Shown here: positions 1 through 13,769 of the stretch, one piece after another
Layout of the letters: every line of letters begins with the position of its first letter
How positions within the stretch are numbered: position 1 is the stretch's first letter
Origin: Octopus sinensis
Taxonomy: Eukaryota
NCBI RefSeq assembly: GCF_006345805.1
Contig: NC_043008.1
Span: 54,064,001 to 54,128,000 of the forward strand
Direction of reading: 5' to 3'
Length of the DNA stretch: 64,000 nt
Translations under genes and position numbers: made by a program
The notes under the pieces: generated by a model
What the model was told of the DNA's origin: nothing
The model's input: only the letters and a program-made list of their open reading frames with translations
Databases searched by the model: none

Positions 1-91
1 CTGTTGTTATAGCAAACAAACTTAATGGCATTCATGTAAAATTTAGAGACTAACATAGTAAATTTTACTCAACTGTTATTTTAAAACTGGA

Positions 92-346
92 ATCCCGTCG
101 GTTACGACGACGATGGCTCCAGTTGAACCAATCAACAGAACTGCCTACTCGTGAAATTAACTTGCAAGTGGCTGAGCACTCCACAGACATGCGTACCCTT
201 AACGCAGTTCTGGGGGAGATTCAGCGTGACACAGAATGTAACAAGACTGACCCTTTGAAATACAATACAGGTACAACTCTCTTTTGCCAGTTGAGTGGAC
301 TGGAGCAACGTGAAATAAAGTGTCTTGCTCAAGGACACAAGGCGCG
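92..346 (-). mobile_element. tRNA-SINE fragment, head-B type body with tail 1 (5' head missing)
   Basis: Contains ctggagcaacgtgaaataaagtgtcttgctcaaggacacaa and the tail cgtcggttacgacgacga, matching the copy at 10162-10480; joined directly to mariner sequence at ~347. Confidence 0.85.
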
Positions 347-1452
347 ACTGGTTTTCGGGTGCGTCAAAAGCGGAAGAACTTCCCTGGGAGACGACGATGA
401 GTAAACTGGAAGACCTGTCACGAGAATCACTCCTGGAAATGAGGAGAAAAATCATCAGTTTGTGCATGGGGATCACCGGACGACAATCAATGACATTGCT
501 GATGCTGTTGGCCTGTCACCGTATGGATCCGTGCAGGCAATTCTAATATCTGAATTGAACATGCGACGTGTCTTTGCCAAGTTTGTCCCCCACCTGCTGA
601 CCGCTGAGCAAGAAGAACATTGTGTCGAAGTCTGTCGAGATTTCCGTCAGCGTGTCGCTGATGACACATCTTTCATGTCGAGGATCATCACTGGTGACGA
701 GAGTTGGGTCTACGGGTTCGATCCTGAGACGAAGCAACAGTCATCACAACGAGAAAGCCCTTCATCTCCACGATAGAGCCGCAGCTCAATCAAGGGCATA
801 CTCATGTTTTTTTTTCAACATATGTGATGTTGTGCATCTAGTATTCGTTCCCCAGAGCCAGGCTGTTAATCAAGAGGTTTTACTGCGACATTTTGAAGCG
901 TTCGGGGGAGAGCATTCGGCGAAGACGACCGGATCTGTGGAGCGCAAAAAATTGGATTCTTCACAACGACAATACACCCTGTCACCTAGCTTTCTCACTC
1001 GTGAGTTTCTTGCCAAAAATAACGTGGCATCGCTTCCGCAACCGCCCTATTTGCCCTTCATTGCTTTCTCATTTGTCCGACATTGAGCAATTTACTTGGA
1101 TATTGCAAACATCTGATCGATTAGATACATTCTTCCGTGCTTATGAAACACTTCATAATAGCAATGGGAGTCATTTATGTCTGCGGACTTTTATCTTTTT
1201 CCCAAGATGAAAATGCATCTGAAAGGTCGCCGTTTTAGCACTGTTGTCAGGATCAAGAGCGAATCGCAGAAGGTCCGCGATTCATTCACGGAAAATGACT
1301 TCCAGGCTGGATTCCAAAAGTAGCAAGAACGCCGGGACCGGTGTATTGCCGTGCAAGGGGTCTATTTCGAAGGAGGTGGAATCAAAACTTAGGTGCATAA
1401 GTTATTTTTTCATTAAACATAACTAGTCCGGGAACTGTTTCACACCACATCG
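347..1452 (+). mobile_element. mariner (DD34D-type) transposon remnant, 5'-truncated, transposase pseudogene
   Basis: Motifs across frames: KSGRTSL.DD, AKFVPHLLT, IITGDESWVYGFDPETKQQSSQ, WILHNDNTPCH, LPQPPY, DFYLFPKMKMHLKGRRF. 3' TIR-like tagtccgggaactgtttcacaccacatcg followed by TA at 1453-1454. Frameshifts and stops present. Confidence 0.95.
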
Positions 1453-1805
1453 TATTTACGCAATAAAACTTTCACCTATAAACGTTTCTAGCGTTAATAA
1501 CTAAAAGTTTTAATCCTTTTGTTACCGTATTTGATATGTACAGCTTTTGTTTCAATGAATTTTGAAAATAATAAAGAAATAGCGATCATTATTAAGTTGA
1601 TGCTCCGAAGGAATTTACAGAAAATAATTAATGAAAGCTTTAATTGAAATAGCTTTAAAACTGAAACTTTCCCTCATAGAACCAGGGGCAGTCTTAGTTG
1701 GATTGATACCAAAAAAGGACAAATTAAATGAAAATGTTTAAATACGAAAAGGAATTTGAGCCTCCGGTATACGCAGTTAAGATAGTATCTAATTAAAATA
1801 GCCAA

Positions 1806-1806
<1 letters not shown>

Positions 1807-1837
<31 letters not shown>

Positions 1838-1866
1838 TGTGTGTGTGTGTGCGTGTGTGTGTGTGT
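1807..1866. repeat. (TG)n microsatellite
   Basis: Direct reading. Confidence 0.95.
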
Positions 1867-2519
1867 TTATCATACTTAATGTATAATCGACAGTGCGTAT
1901 ACATTGAATATGAAACATAGATGGCTATTTTAATGAAATACTGCCTCGATTGCATACACCGGATTTTTATTCAGCCAGGCAGAAATTAACAACGCTGATC
2001 AATGATTTATTCACTTTTTCTGATAATAACGACGACGAATTTTCTTCCGAACACGTAGTTGGCTGCGAGTACGCACCACCAAGAAGTCCCAAGGAAGCCC
2101 TAAATCCATCTGGTGCTCTTGCTGGCCGCTGCTGGAACGAATCTTCGTCCTTCCCTTTGATACTTACTATATTTTTAACTCAGTACTTTCATCAGATGTT
2201 ATCTCAGGATAATTACTGCAATGAATTTATCGACAGTGAGTATACATCAAGTATGATACATGGACTTATTTTATTCATATCCTGTAACTGTTTCTATATA
2301 ATATAATAGAGGTAAGGTGACGGATCCTCAATAAATTGCAACTTCCCCCATGAAACCTTAGGCTGAACTATTCAACACGTCAACAGATTTCTCTCGTCTA
2401 TACCTAAATAAATACAAAAGTATCAGTAAATATTGTTTTGTTTTCTCCGTATAATTATTTCTAATTATACTTTTAAAGCTTCCTGTATCAACAATAATTT
2501 AACTTCCGATGAGCAGAGG

Positions 2520-2730
2520 CCATTGTATTGGATTCAAATTTTAGCACAAGGCCAGTAATTTCGGAGGAGATGGAAAATTAATTAAATCGACCCCCAGCGC
2601 TCAACTTGTACTTATTTTATTGAACACGGAAGGCAAGGTCAACCCCGGCGGAATTTGAACTCAGAATGTAAAGATGGACGAAATGCCGCTAAACATTTTG
2701 CCTGGAATGTTATCGATTTTGCCAGATGTC
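2520..2730 (-). mobile_element. tRNA-SINE head-D, decayed
   Basis: ggcggaatttgaactcagaatgtaaagatggacgaaatgccgctaaacatttt matches head-D copies at 20794, 36841 and 59905. Confidence 0.8.
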
Positions 2731-3552
2731 ATTATATTAGCGCTAGAACAAACAGAGAAGACAGTATGCCTGTGTCCAGAAGCTGAAGTGTACCCGTTAG
2801 TGATAGAATGTCAATGAGCCAGCCCTTCTCTGGATGCAATCCACAATGACAGTGTGAAAAGCAACAGCAGTGTCCCAGATGTAGACACAGCACTCTATTG
2901 TGAGCCTAATCGCAGCCTAGTAGGGTGCCCAAAAATGATGGGAAGAAAAAATATCTTCTGACTGGCATTTTTAATAAAATCAGCATTAAATTTGTTAAAC
3001 ACTAGCTTTACTAATACTCCAAGTTTGCATTTTTATCATCTTCCCTTTAAATATAGTAGCACTAATTTAAATATTGCTTCTGTTTTGTTTTTGATCATAC
3101 GCGCTTCAAACATACTAACTCTCAGTTAACTATTCTCTCTAGTTAGATTTTTAATGTTCCAAGCATTAAAGGTGTAAAGACTAACTATTATTTTTTCTAG
3201 TTTGCTTTTTAGTGCGCTAAGCATTAAATATTTTAACACGAAATTAACTAAATCAATCCTAAATTTTAAAATAAACCAGAGACTGAGAAAACTAGTAGTG
3301 GTCTGTGTTGATAAAAAAATAATTTAGAAAATTAGTATTCCGAAGAGAGTAGAGAACTCTGTGGTCGGAAAGATAACTAAATTTACAAATTTTACTAAAT
3401 CAATATTAACTTACATGAAATCAATAACTACTTCATTGAATTCTTAGACATATTTCAAACGGCTTTGTTAAATATTAGTCAAGGAATCTTCAAGTTTCTG
3501 GAACGTTCTCTCGATATTTATTTAATTTTGGAGTGCAAACACAATAGTATGA

Positions 3553-3734
3553 TTAAGAGCTTCGTTTCGCTATTGCGTTGTTCCGGGTTTTGACTCCACT
3601 TTGCAGCACATTGGGCAAGTGTCCACTGCAATAACCTCGAATCAAGCAAACGTCTTTTGAGCGTTCTTTCGGTAGACTTAAACTATTTGATATCCTGTCG
3701 GATATATACATACATGCATACATACATACATACA

Positions 3735-3819
<85 letters not shown>

Positions 3820-3827
3820 TATATATA
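3553..3827 (+). mobile_element. decayed SINE head-C followed by (TACA)n/(TA)n
   Basis: ttccgggttttgactccactttgcagcacattgggcaagtgtcc resembles the head-C consensus; followed by microsatellite. Confidence 0.65.
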
Positions 3828-4062
3828 GCAGGAGTGGCTGTGTGGTAAGTTGGTTGCTAACCAACCACATGGTTCCGGGTTCAGTCCCACTGCGTGGCAC
3901 CTCGGGCAAGTGTCTTCTGCTAAAAGCTCCACGAGGCTACGGCAGGGGGTGGTGGCGATCCCTGCTGTACTCTTTCGCCACAACTTTCTCTCACTCTTTC
4001 TTCTGTTGGCCTGCTCGCTTAGCCAGCGGGGTGGTGCCATTTGAAGGCTAAAACAGCATATA
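3828..4062 (+). mobile_element. chimeric SINE: head-C fused to family-A body with tail 2
   Basis: gcaggagtggctgtgtggtaag...gggcaagtgtcttctgcta (head C) runs into aaagctccacgaggct...ctgctgtactctttcgccacaactttctctcactct (A body). Confidence 0.85.
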
Positions 4063-4416
4063 CATACATGCATACATACATATATATACATACATAAACA
4101 CACACAAACCCACATATATATATATATATATATACATATATAAACGTACTTGGAAATGGATGCGTGGCGTTCAATTAAATGATAAATAGTAAATGATATA
4201 CAGTATATATATACATACATGTATGGGTAAAGGATTTCACCAACGGTTCAATCATGAAATGCGTAAGCAAACGAGTTAAATACGTAAACAACGAAGGAAA
4301 AATGGAAAACAGGACAAGTAAACACAGAGAAAGGACCCTTTAGCAGTTGTCGGCTGTCTATCTGCTCCTCGTTTCGAGTATTCAACGACAATATGAGTCT
4401 TCAAAGACAGTTTCTC

Positions 4417-4466
<50 letters not shown>

Positions 4467-4810
4467 AATCATATCGGCATGGGTTAGCCAAACAAATTTA
4501 GTGCGCGGAATAAAGGTATTTTTGTCAAGTTAGTTACATTTATGCATATATCAGCGTCACTTTGCCCGCTGTCCCTTGTCGAGATGTCTAATATAAGGAC
4601 AAAACTAATTTTTCGAATTGATATAATAGACTGAAATTCTTCAGTCTAATACCTGAAATTAATTAAGTAATATAGAATATTTTGCCTGACCTGCACCGAT
4701 TCTCATATTTGAAAAATAACTTTAAAACTAAATTCTCCAATATATAAATGTCAATAGCAAATGACCATTCCAAATAAGTATCGGGAAGGTTTTGAGTAGA
4801 GTAGAAACAT

Positions 4811-5120
4811 TATTTTTCGCCATTTTCAAGTCTAGGCAGGTTCATGGGCCCGGTTTCCCGGTTTCTGTGGCGTATGTGTTCCCCCCAGCTGGACGGGACG
4901 CCAGTACATCACAGCGTTACTCAAAAAACAGGAAGAGAGAGTGAGAGAAAGCTGAGGCGAAAGAGTACAACAGAGGTCGCCACCACCCCCTGCCAGATCC
5001 TCGTGGAGCCTTTAGGTGTTTTCGCTCAATAAACACACACAGCGCCCTGGCTGGGAATCGAAACGGCGATCCTCCGACCGCGAGTCCGCTGCCTTAACCG
5101 CTGGGCCATTGCGCCTCCAC
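4811..5120 (-). mobile_element. tRNA-SINE family A with tail 3
   Basis: Reverse complement starts ggaggcgcaatggcccagcggttaaggcagcggactcgcgg (A box), with B-box-like gtttcgattccc. 13-bp TSD agagtagaaacat at 4798-4810 and 5121-5133. Confidence 0.92.
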
Positions 5121-7613
5121 AGAGTAGAAACATAAAACTAGATTAATGCATTTATTTAGAGTGATGAAGAATGTTCCTTGTGGTATTTAGCCACAGCACT
5201 TTACAATCTAAGGTCCAACCACACTAGTTGCAATAAGATAAAATGTTAGTCAAATATGGTTCGATATAATTAATATTCATTTTTTTCTTTATGTGGCTTT
5301 GTTACAATGTTAGAAAACAGTATTAGATTAAAACACTGAGACCTAAGAAAATTTCGGATCGTTAGACACACAGACAGTTATGCTCCCACATGTCACTGCG
5401 AATGTTGCTGTCGCTTGTGACATTGAGCCTCAAGTCAGCTCTTTTGGAGCAGACATATAATCAAAAGACTTCCATAGAGTTTTTTTAGAGATTTGCCTCT
5501 AATTTATACCAGGCTGGCTTGCGCTTTTATGTGTAGATTAATAACAAGAAATGTAGTATTAGTATTGACGCCTTCTTGAAGGTACCCGATATTTGCATTC
5601 TAAAGCAATTCGATTTTGCAAAACTAACAATTGGAAATCTCTAAATGGCAATCTACTGTAGCATTATCTCAGATTCATTTTTGCAGACATATCTTTGATA
5701 TATTTCATATCCCGGCAACAAAAGTATCAATAATTACATTAAATCTTTGTAGTCATAATCCTTATTTAACCAATGAAAATGCTCCGTAAAAATCAGCTAC
5801 GTGTATCATTTCAAATATGTTCCAGTGGAAATCGTGACTATTTATGTAAATCGCTACTATCCATGCAGACACTGAATGAATAGCAATTTTTGGAATGAAT
5901 CCTTAAATAATTGGTGTCATCACTATTTTAGCCTCTCTAAATTAATTGCTTTATCTAGACTCCTGAAAACTCCTTTTTTCAATGGAATCCATTTTGATTA
6001 TTTTTTCTACATTTTAGTTAATAATTCATACTTGAGTCACATTTACAAATACTATATTTATTTCAGTTTGTTCTTTTTGTTACACTAAACATAAAAAAAA
6101 AACACTTGTGTTCTTCAAAGTCGACTACATCGAATGATATTTTCTGCTGACACGTTCGGCTTATTTTTTATAAATACATTTGGCGTCAAGCATTAATAAA
6201 AACATTAACTATGTCTATATACACAAGGTCTTTTGTAAATATGAAACTGAATAGCTAATGATTCATATTTTTTTCTTAAATATGAATTAAGAGAAAGTGC
6301 TGCAGCAACTTTTTACATTCACAACAAAATGAAGTTTTTTTTTTTTTTACATCAAGTATTCACAAGTTAAATACTATTCTCTTTGAAATAAAATATTTTT
6401 CAACAAATTCATCATTTTTGCTTTTTGTTTGCGATATAATTTCTTATTTATTTTAATATATTCTGTCAGAGACTGTCGCCTAAAAGTTAAAATATATGCA
6501 TATTAGAAAAGAGTAAAGGAAAGGAAAAATCTGTGATCACCACAAAGAATAAAATGATATCAAGTTAATAGTCATTTATTCTATTCACGTAGTACATGAG
6601 ATGTTTCACATGTATGAACCACTGTAGCTGCGATAGCTGTGTGCGTATTTCTGGGTGCATGGCGTCTTTAACAGCGTATATGTGTGCATATTATATAGTA
6701 GCTTGTGTGTACATAAGTCTTTGAGCGTAAATATTTGTGTATGAAAAATGGTAGCTTAAAAAATACGATACGACGTTTAAAACAAAGTAATGTTTCTTTG
6801 ACGTGAGTTAAATTTCATGGCATGTATTTGTCTGCTATCTGCCCCTTCCAAATAATGAGCTCGTTCGGTAATTATATGCAGCTCTATTATATAAATCATT
6901 GTTTAACTGCAACAGAATGTTATTTTCAATGTTCATTCCTATTATCTGCTTCTTTACAGATCTGTCACTTTAGGCTTGATCTCATCCACATTTTCAGTAT
7001 GTTTAAGTATTTGATAGATTGTTTATGCCTGAAGCAAAAGTAAGACAATAGCTAATTTAGTGATAGAATATTTAATACTGCTAAATAGCTTTTGTTCCTT
7101 GAAGCTACCTGGGCTCATACTATCTTTACTAAAGCATTCTCGACTCACCCGTCTTTTGTTCTGCCATTTCTCCTTGGCTCTCCTCTCATTTCTACATCCA
7201 GTACATCCTTCTTCCTTCCTCGAACGACTGCCTTTTAGAACTCTCTCCCTGGCGCATGTCCTCCTCGCTGGTGTGGACTTGCAAAGGTTCAAGATAAACA
7301 TTAGATCATAAATCTCAGCAATCTCAGAGGACCTGCGAATGCCATGGACTCTGGCCTTTCTTTATGACCTTCTAAGAAAGAGAGACATGAAAATTTAAAT
7401 AAGCATCTTAAACATTAATGTGGTGAGAAAAATAAGATATTGATTGATATTATTGATATTATTTTAATTACATTATCAAGTAAGGATCACAACTCAGGGT
7501 GTGTTTCAAGTTTATTAAATCTCATCTGCGAAACATAGACTTCCAAGCTGTTATCGAAGTAGTGATGAAGAAATCACTAAATAGATGTGTGACATGTGTG
7601 GCTGTGTGGAAGC

Positions 7614-8030
7614 GCAGGCGTGGCTGTGTGATAAGAAGCTTACTTCCTAACCACGTGGTTCCGGATTCAATCCCAATGCGTGGCACCTTAGGGTACTTGT
7701 CTCCTACTATAGCCTCGGGTCAGCCAAAGCCTTGTGAGTAGATTTGGTAGACGGAAACTGGAAGAAGCCTGTCGTGTATATATATTTGTGTGTGTGTGTG
7801 TGTGTGTGTCTGTGTGTGTCTTTGTGCCTGTTCCCCAGCACCGTTTCACAACCGGTGTTGGTGTGTTTACGTCTCCATAACTTAACCGTTCGGCAAAAGA
7901 CACCGATAGAATAAGTATCAGGCTTGGCAAAAAAATTAAGTACTAAGATCGACTCATTCGACTAAAAATTCATCAAGGCGGTGATCTAGCATGACCACAA
8001 TCTAATGACTGAAATAAAAGTTAAAAGATA
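7614..8030 (+). mobile_element. SINE family C, full length with internal (TA)/(TG) microsatellite
   Basis: Head gcaggcgtggctgtgtgataag...ccggattcaatccc; tail gaccgatagaataagta...aaggcggtgatctagcatgaccacaatctaatgactgaaa. Confidence 0.9.
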
Positions 8031-8741
8031 ATATTGTCCACGTTTTAATGTAGTAAAGTAGCATATCTATTAAAAGTAGATTACTCAGAGACGCCATCTG
8101 TATTAAAACAATAGTTAAATTATAGTTAATTTGTTCAATGTTACTGAGCATTTAAAGCTAACTGGAAATATTTATGTGGTGAGGAAAAGAATCTATGATT
8201 TACCTACACATACAATCCCAATCGTTCTCATTACGCTTCTTCAGTAAAGAGTATCGAAATCTACCCTGCGTTCTTGTGTTCTTTAACCGCCAGGTTAAAC
8301 TTGAACAGTAATAAATATTCCTGCCCTACTCATCTCGATTTTTTGTATGGACGAGATATCTGGAACTAAATAATCCGATGTCCTACTTTTATTATAACAC
8401 TAGGGTGCGATATGAGGAAAAAATAAGATCGTTATTACGATAATTACGGACACAATATAGAATTGTAGAAGTAGGGTCAATAGGATCAGTAGGGTGGTAC
8501 TCGAGAACGTTCGATTGACTGCGTTTGTGTCAGGGATAGCTGCAAACAGATCTAAAGTGTAAAACTATCAATTGAATCTACCTGTGGACCTTCAAATTGA
8601 TCGAAATAATATCTAAAATACTTTAGATCACAGCCTACCGTCCTAAGAAATGAAAGATACTTTGGAAAATGCATATTCTACTCAACAACTGTAGAAAAAC
8701 TAACAGGTGTAGGTTTGTACTTGAAAAGTCTTCACTGATGG

Positions 8742-8768
8742 TAATAATAATAATAATTATTATTATTA

Positions 8769-8810
<42 letters not shown>

Positions 8811-8811
8811 C

Positions 8812-8909
<98 letters not shown>

Positions 8910-9018
8910 GCGCAGAGTCGGTACCATAGCCAATGAGGGTTATCCGAGGTGTGGTCATTGCTAGTTGAAAATAATAATAATAATAAAATAATAATAATAA
9001 TAATAACAAGAACAACAA
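8742..9018. repeat. (ATT)n and (AAT)n arrays flanking a ~59-bp spacer
   Basis: Direct reading; spacer at 8910-8968. Confidence 0.9.
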
Positions 9019-10161
9019 TGACATCGAAAATTCCCCAGGGGTGTTTCTGCATAAGGGATATATAATGAAGCACACGGTCCTTAAATTGATGCGTTCAGTT
9101 GAAAATGTGTTTTGGTCAATTGAATTTATGACCATAATGAGAGGGAGAAAATTGATTATGAAAATTACTCCAAGGGAGAAAGAAGAGAGCTCTTGCAGTT
9201 TCAACTGACCAAAAATTAATTTGAGACAAGCTGAAGTAGGAAATGAATCTAATGTTTAGCAGCTGGAATGAATGTCTTCGGAGTTCTCTCATTTACTGGG
9301 GCGGACGTAATAATACCGAAATATGTCACCGATTGTCTTCAAAGGTTCAAAATATCAAATTCGCTTCACCGCCATCATATTTGCAATTCTGTACACTAAT
9401 ATACTATTTACACACACACATACACACACGTAGAGAATTGTGTATAATAGTTTCGAAAGCGTGCACGTATATACTATGCATATGCACATGCATGTGTACT
9501 TGACACGTCTTAATGCAGTCGCATACCTATGTAATTCACTTTCAAAAGTAGCCATAAACGGACTTCACCACGCTTTCGCGCACGTTTGTATGTATTTCTT
9601 TGTGTTCACGCCGCCCTATATAGACGTATACATGCATTTAAACATAACAAACGCAATGAGTAACAAATGCTCGTTCAACAGTGAGTCGATGATAGAAAGT
9701 AGGATGAATCAAGTAAGTTACTTTTAATAAATGAATTAAGTTGGGTGAGTAATGATGAGGACGAATAAATAAATTATGCCCTATGGTAAATAGAACAAGA
9801 TATATATATCAAATAGCAATCCGAAGTGATAACTGATAATTGATGAAAGATTATAAAAGTGACAGGGGTGATGAAATAATATATATCAGTGTTAAAGGAA
9901 CTTTGTTCTGGCAAAAAAGAAAATAATTCGAAGCAAAGCAATGAATATAGGAAGTGACCTGAAGCAGGAAGAGATCTTAAGAAAGGATTTTAAGAAAGCT
10001 AAGAAAAGCAGCGAGATTGTTTCACAGTATTGCTTACAAGTGTATTGCGTGCGACCTTGTGTGTTTTTACGTATGAGTAGAAATATGTTAAGCGCGTGTG
10101 TATGTTTGTCTTTGTGTGAATGTGTGAAAGGCAAATCTATGCCTAGACATACTCCTATACA

Positions 10162-10480
10162 GGAGCACTCCGTCGGTTACGACGACGAGAGTCCCTGCTG
10201 ATACGATCAACAGAACAGCCTGCTCGTGAAATTAACGTGCAAGTGACTGAGCAATCCACAGACACCACGTGTACCCCTAACGTAGTTCTCAGGGAGATTC
10301 AGCGTGACACAGAGTGTGATAAGGCTGGCCCTTTGAAATACAGGTACAACTCATTTTTGCCAGCTGAGTGGACTGAAGCAATATGAAATAAAGTGTCTTG
10401 TTCAAGGACACAACGCGTCGCCGGGAATCGAACTCACGACATTACAATCGTCAGCCGAATGTCCTGACCACGCGCCTTCA
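10162..10480 (-). mobile_element. tRNA-SINE head-B with tail 1
   Basis: Reverse complement tgaaggcgcgtgg...gagttcgattcccgg...gtgtccttgaacaagacactttatttca, ending in ctcgtcgtcgtaaccgacggagtgctcc. Confidence 0.9.
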
Positions 10481-11782
10481 CATATAAATACCCATATAAA
10501 TATGGGTATACATGCATACTTATTTTCAGGAGCACATGTACGTACATACAATGTAGATGAACAACAATGAAACGTAGAGACATGCGTGTGGGATTCACAT
10601 ATGCACAAACACACACAATCATATACACACACATACATACACATGCAAACCCACACAAACACACAAACACACAAACACACAAACACATATGCATATATAC
10701 GGGAGACGAGAATGAAATATGCAAATAAAAACACCACAATTCTTCCCACCATCGACCTCAAATCGAAAGCGAATAATCTCTTATTTTTTCCTAGTATTCT
10801 TCCGCCCCCACATGCGCTTTTACTCCCTTACATTCTGTACAATATCGAGTTGTTTTACATCACCACAACGTCACACAACCATTCATCCAACAAACATGGG
10901 TCATATTGATATGACACCCGCTGGCTTTATACTTTCCATATTACTTTATATTAATGTAACACCGATCGAATTCATCATCTTTCCATACGACCTCTTCACA
11001 ATCCATGAAATGCTTCTCATACTTTATGTTTCTATACCTCACTCATATACTTCACTCATGACAAAGCAAGGGTGTACTAAACCTTTCCATCCATCTGGCA
11101 TGTTCACTTATGCGTGGAAGGCACAAGAAGGGGACATGTTATGGCAACATCAAATCACGTTACAGTATTAAATTCTTATTATCCTCCCAAACAGTATTTT
11201 CTTCATTTGACCACGTTTTGCTTATTTTATTTTTCAAATCTGTCTTTTCGTATTTATTTTCTTACTTAATTTTATTTATTCATTATTATGGTTGTTTCTG
11301 GTTTGATTGTTTTATTTATTTATTTTTGGATATTTTTATCCTATTTTTATCCTCTGAATAGTTTTGTTTACTGCATGTTAAGCTCTAATCTCTACTACTG
11401 TCCAAAAATTGGAATCTTCACAAATTGGAAAAAAGTTAGTCAGGTTTGCAACTTGCAATAAATACAATAACTCCCTACATCTGTATTGAGTACTTCCTCA
11501 TCGTGTTCGCATAATTCTTTGCACGATAACATACATACATACATACATACATACATACATACATACATACATACATACATACATACGTACATACATACAT
11601 ACATACATATATATATATAGTCGAAACAGGGGCAGCTGAAGAAGGGGAATATTCCTTGTATTGCTTGTCTTGTACTCTGTTTTTTTTCGTTGTTAAAAAA
11701 AGTCCGTTTCCTTGTTTGATTTTATGTTTTCGTTTCTCGTTGTGTTCTACATTTATTTGTGGTGTCCTGTACTCATATATGA

Positions 11783-11842
<60 letters not shown>

Positions 11843-11845
11843 TAT

Positions 11846-11956
11846 AACGGGAAGCTTTATGAAAATAAACAAAAGACGAAGGCAGGTGGAAAACAAACGA
11901 ACAATTGTATTAGTATGGCGATCAGGAAATATAAATAAAACAAGTCTTTAACGTTT
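11846..11956 (-). mobile_element. fragment of microsatellite-embedded Penelope-like/retrozyme-like element
   Basis: gacgaag..ggtg..aacaaac..tgtattagt..aagtctttaacgttt aligns by eye with 56570-56763; ends inside the hammerhead GAAAC/GUU segment. Confidence 0.55.
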
Positions 11957-11988
11957 TACTTACAAGTCTTACTTTACAAGTCTTATAC

Positions 11989-12045
<57 letters not shown>

Positions 12046-13422
12046 TATATATAATATATATATATATACACATATATATATATATTATAAGTAAGGGTAC
12101 TAACAGGTTGTACCGTCATGCTAACATAACAGTCAAAATGACCAAACCACGAGTTTGTATACATGTATATATGCATGTATGTATCTATCTTTGTGTGTGT
12201 CTGACTTTGCATATAGGTATCTGACTGATACATACCTATATAGACGCAACGAAAATTTCAGGAAAATAAAAATAAGAAATAAGTGGAAATTTTACCGGTG
12301 AGTGTGTTACATTATAAGGCACAAAAAGAAAATGGTTCTCCCCAGACACAACAGTATGTATATATGTGTCTGTGTGTGTGTGTGTACATTATATATATAT
12401 ATGTACATTATATGTGTGTGTATGTGTGTGTACGTGTGCGTATGTGAAGAAGTATTTATGTATGAATCCGTTTGAGTGTCTGTGTGTACGTATGAGTATA
12501 CAGGAATGTGTTTGTATGTGCGTGTGTGTACACACAGTGAGACCAATCTAAATATCTTTTTCTCACAGATAGACAGAGACAGAGGGAGAGAGAGAAAGAT
12601 ATATATATAGAGAGAGAGACAGACAGACAGACAGACAAATAGAGAGAGAGAGAGAGAGAGTGAGAGAGAGATTTTATTCAGACATACATGCTTGCATATA
12701 TTGCTGAAAGCGTATTCACGCACGTACGCATTGCGTGTTACGCAAAACGAATCTGTACGTACGTAGCTCTCTACGCATTGAGTTCCCTGTCCTCATCAGA
12801 GTGCATTTATCTTAAAACTCGGTCTGACAACGCAAACTAAGTTCATTGATTTTTAGGTTTTGTTTTGGCAGTTTATAACATTGGAAGACGTTGTAGGAAT
12901 CTAACTCGACATGTCTTTGTTTAGAAATTAATGTATGCTTATATTGTAGAATGTTTTTCTGTTTTTCTGGACAGAAGTATGTTCGTGTGTGTGTGTGTGT
13001 GTGTGTGTATCTAAGTACGTTTGTATGTACGAATAGATGTATGTTGAAAAGCTGTGTAGGCATACAACTCCAGATGTCTATATCTCAAAATGTATGTTCG
13101 CAAATGTGAATGTTTTTCCGGTTTATATGTATGTTTATATACACATATAAATATATATATATATGCACTCAAATACATACACGTACATAATTATATATTA
13201 TGTATGTATGTACGCATAATGTATAGAAATATGTATTTATGTGTGAGCGCTTTTATGTCATATTTGTACATACAAGTAGGTGTATGTATGTAGATAGATA
13301 TAGATATATTTTACATCGATATATATATACACGTATGCATATATATATATGTACACACAGTTACATGATAATATATATATATATATACGTATATATATAT
13401 GTATGTATATGTGTATATATAT

Positions 13423-13464
<42 letters not shown>

Positions 13465-13590
13465 ATAATAAATATTAGGGAATAAATCCAAATTTACAGG
13501 GAAAAATCAGATTCAGGATTGAATCCAATTTTATAGTAATAATATTATATATATATATATAATATATATATATATTATATATATATATAT

Positions 13591-13625
<35 letters not shown>

Positions 13626-13712
13626 ATATGTATGAATGTATGTATGTGCGTACGTACGTATGTATGTATGCTATGTATGTATGTATTTATGTTATGTATG
13701 TATGTATGTATG

Positions 13713-13743
<31 letters not shown>

Positions 13744-13769
13744 TGCATGTGTGTATCTATTTGCCTGCA

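Noticed and set aside
1950-2306. 118-aa ORF with a GC-richer core
   Set aside because: No recognisable domain or convincing splice signals.
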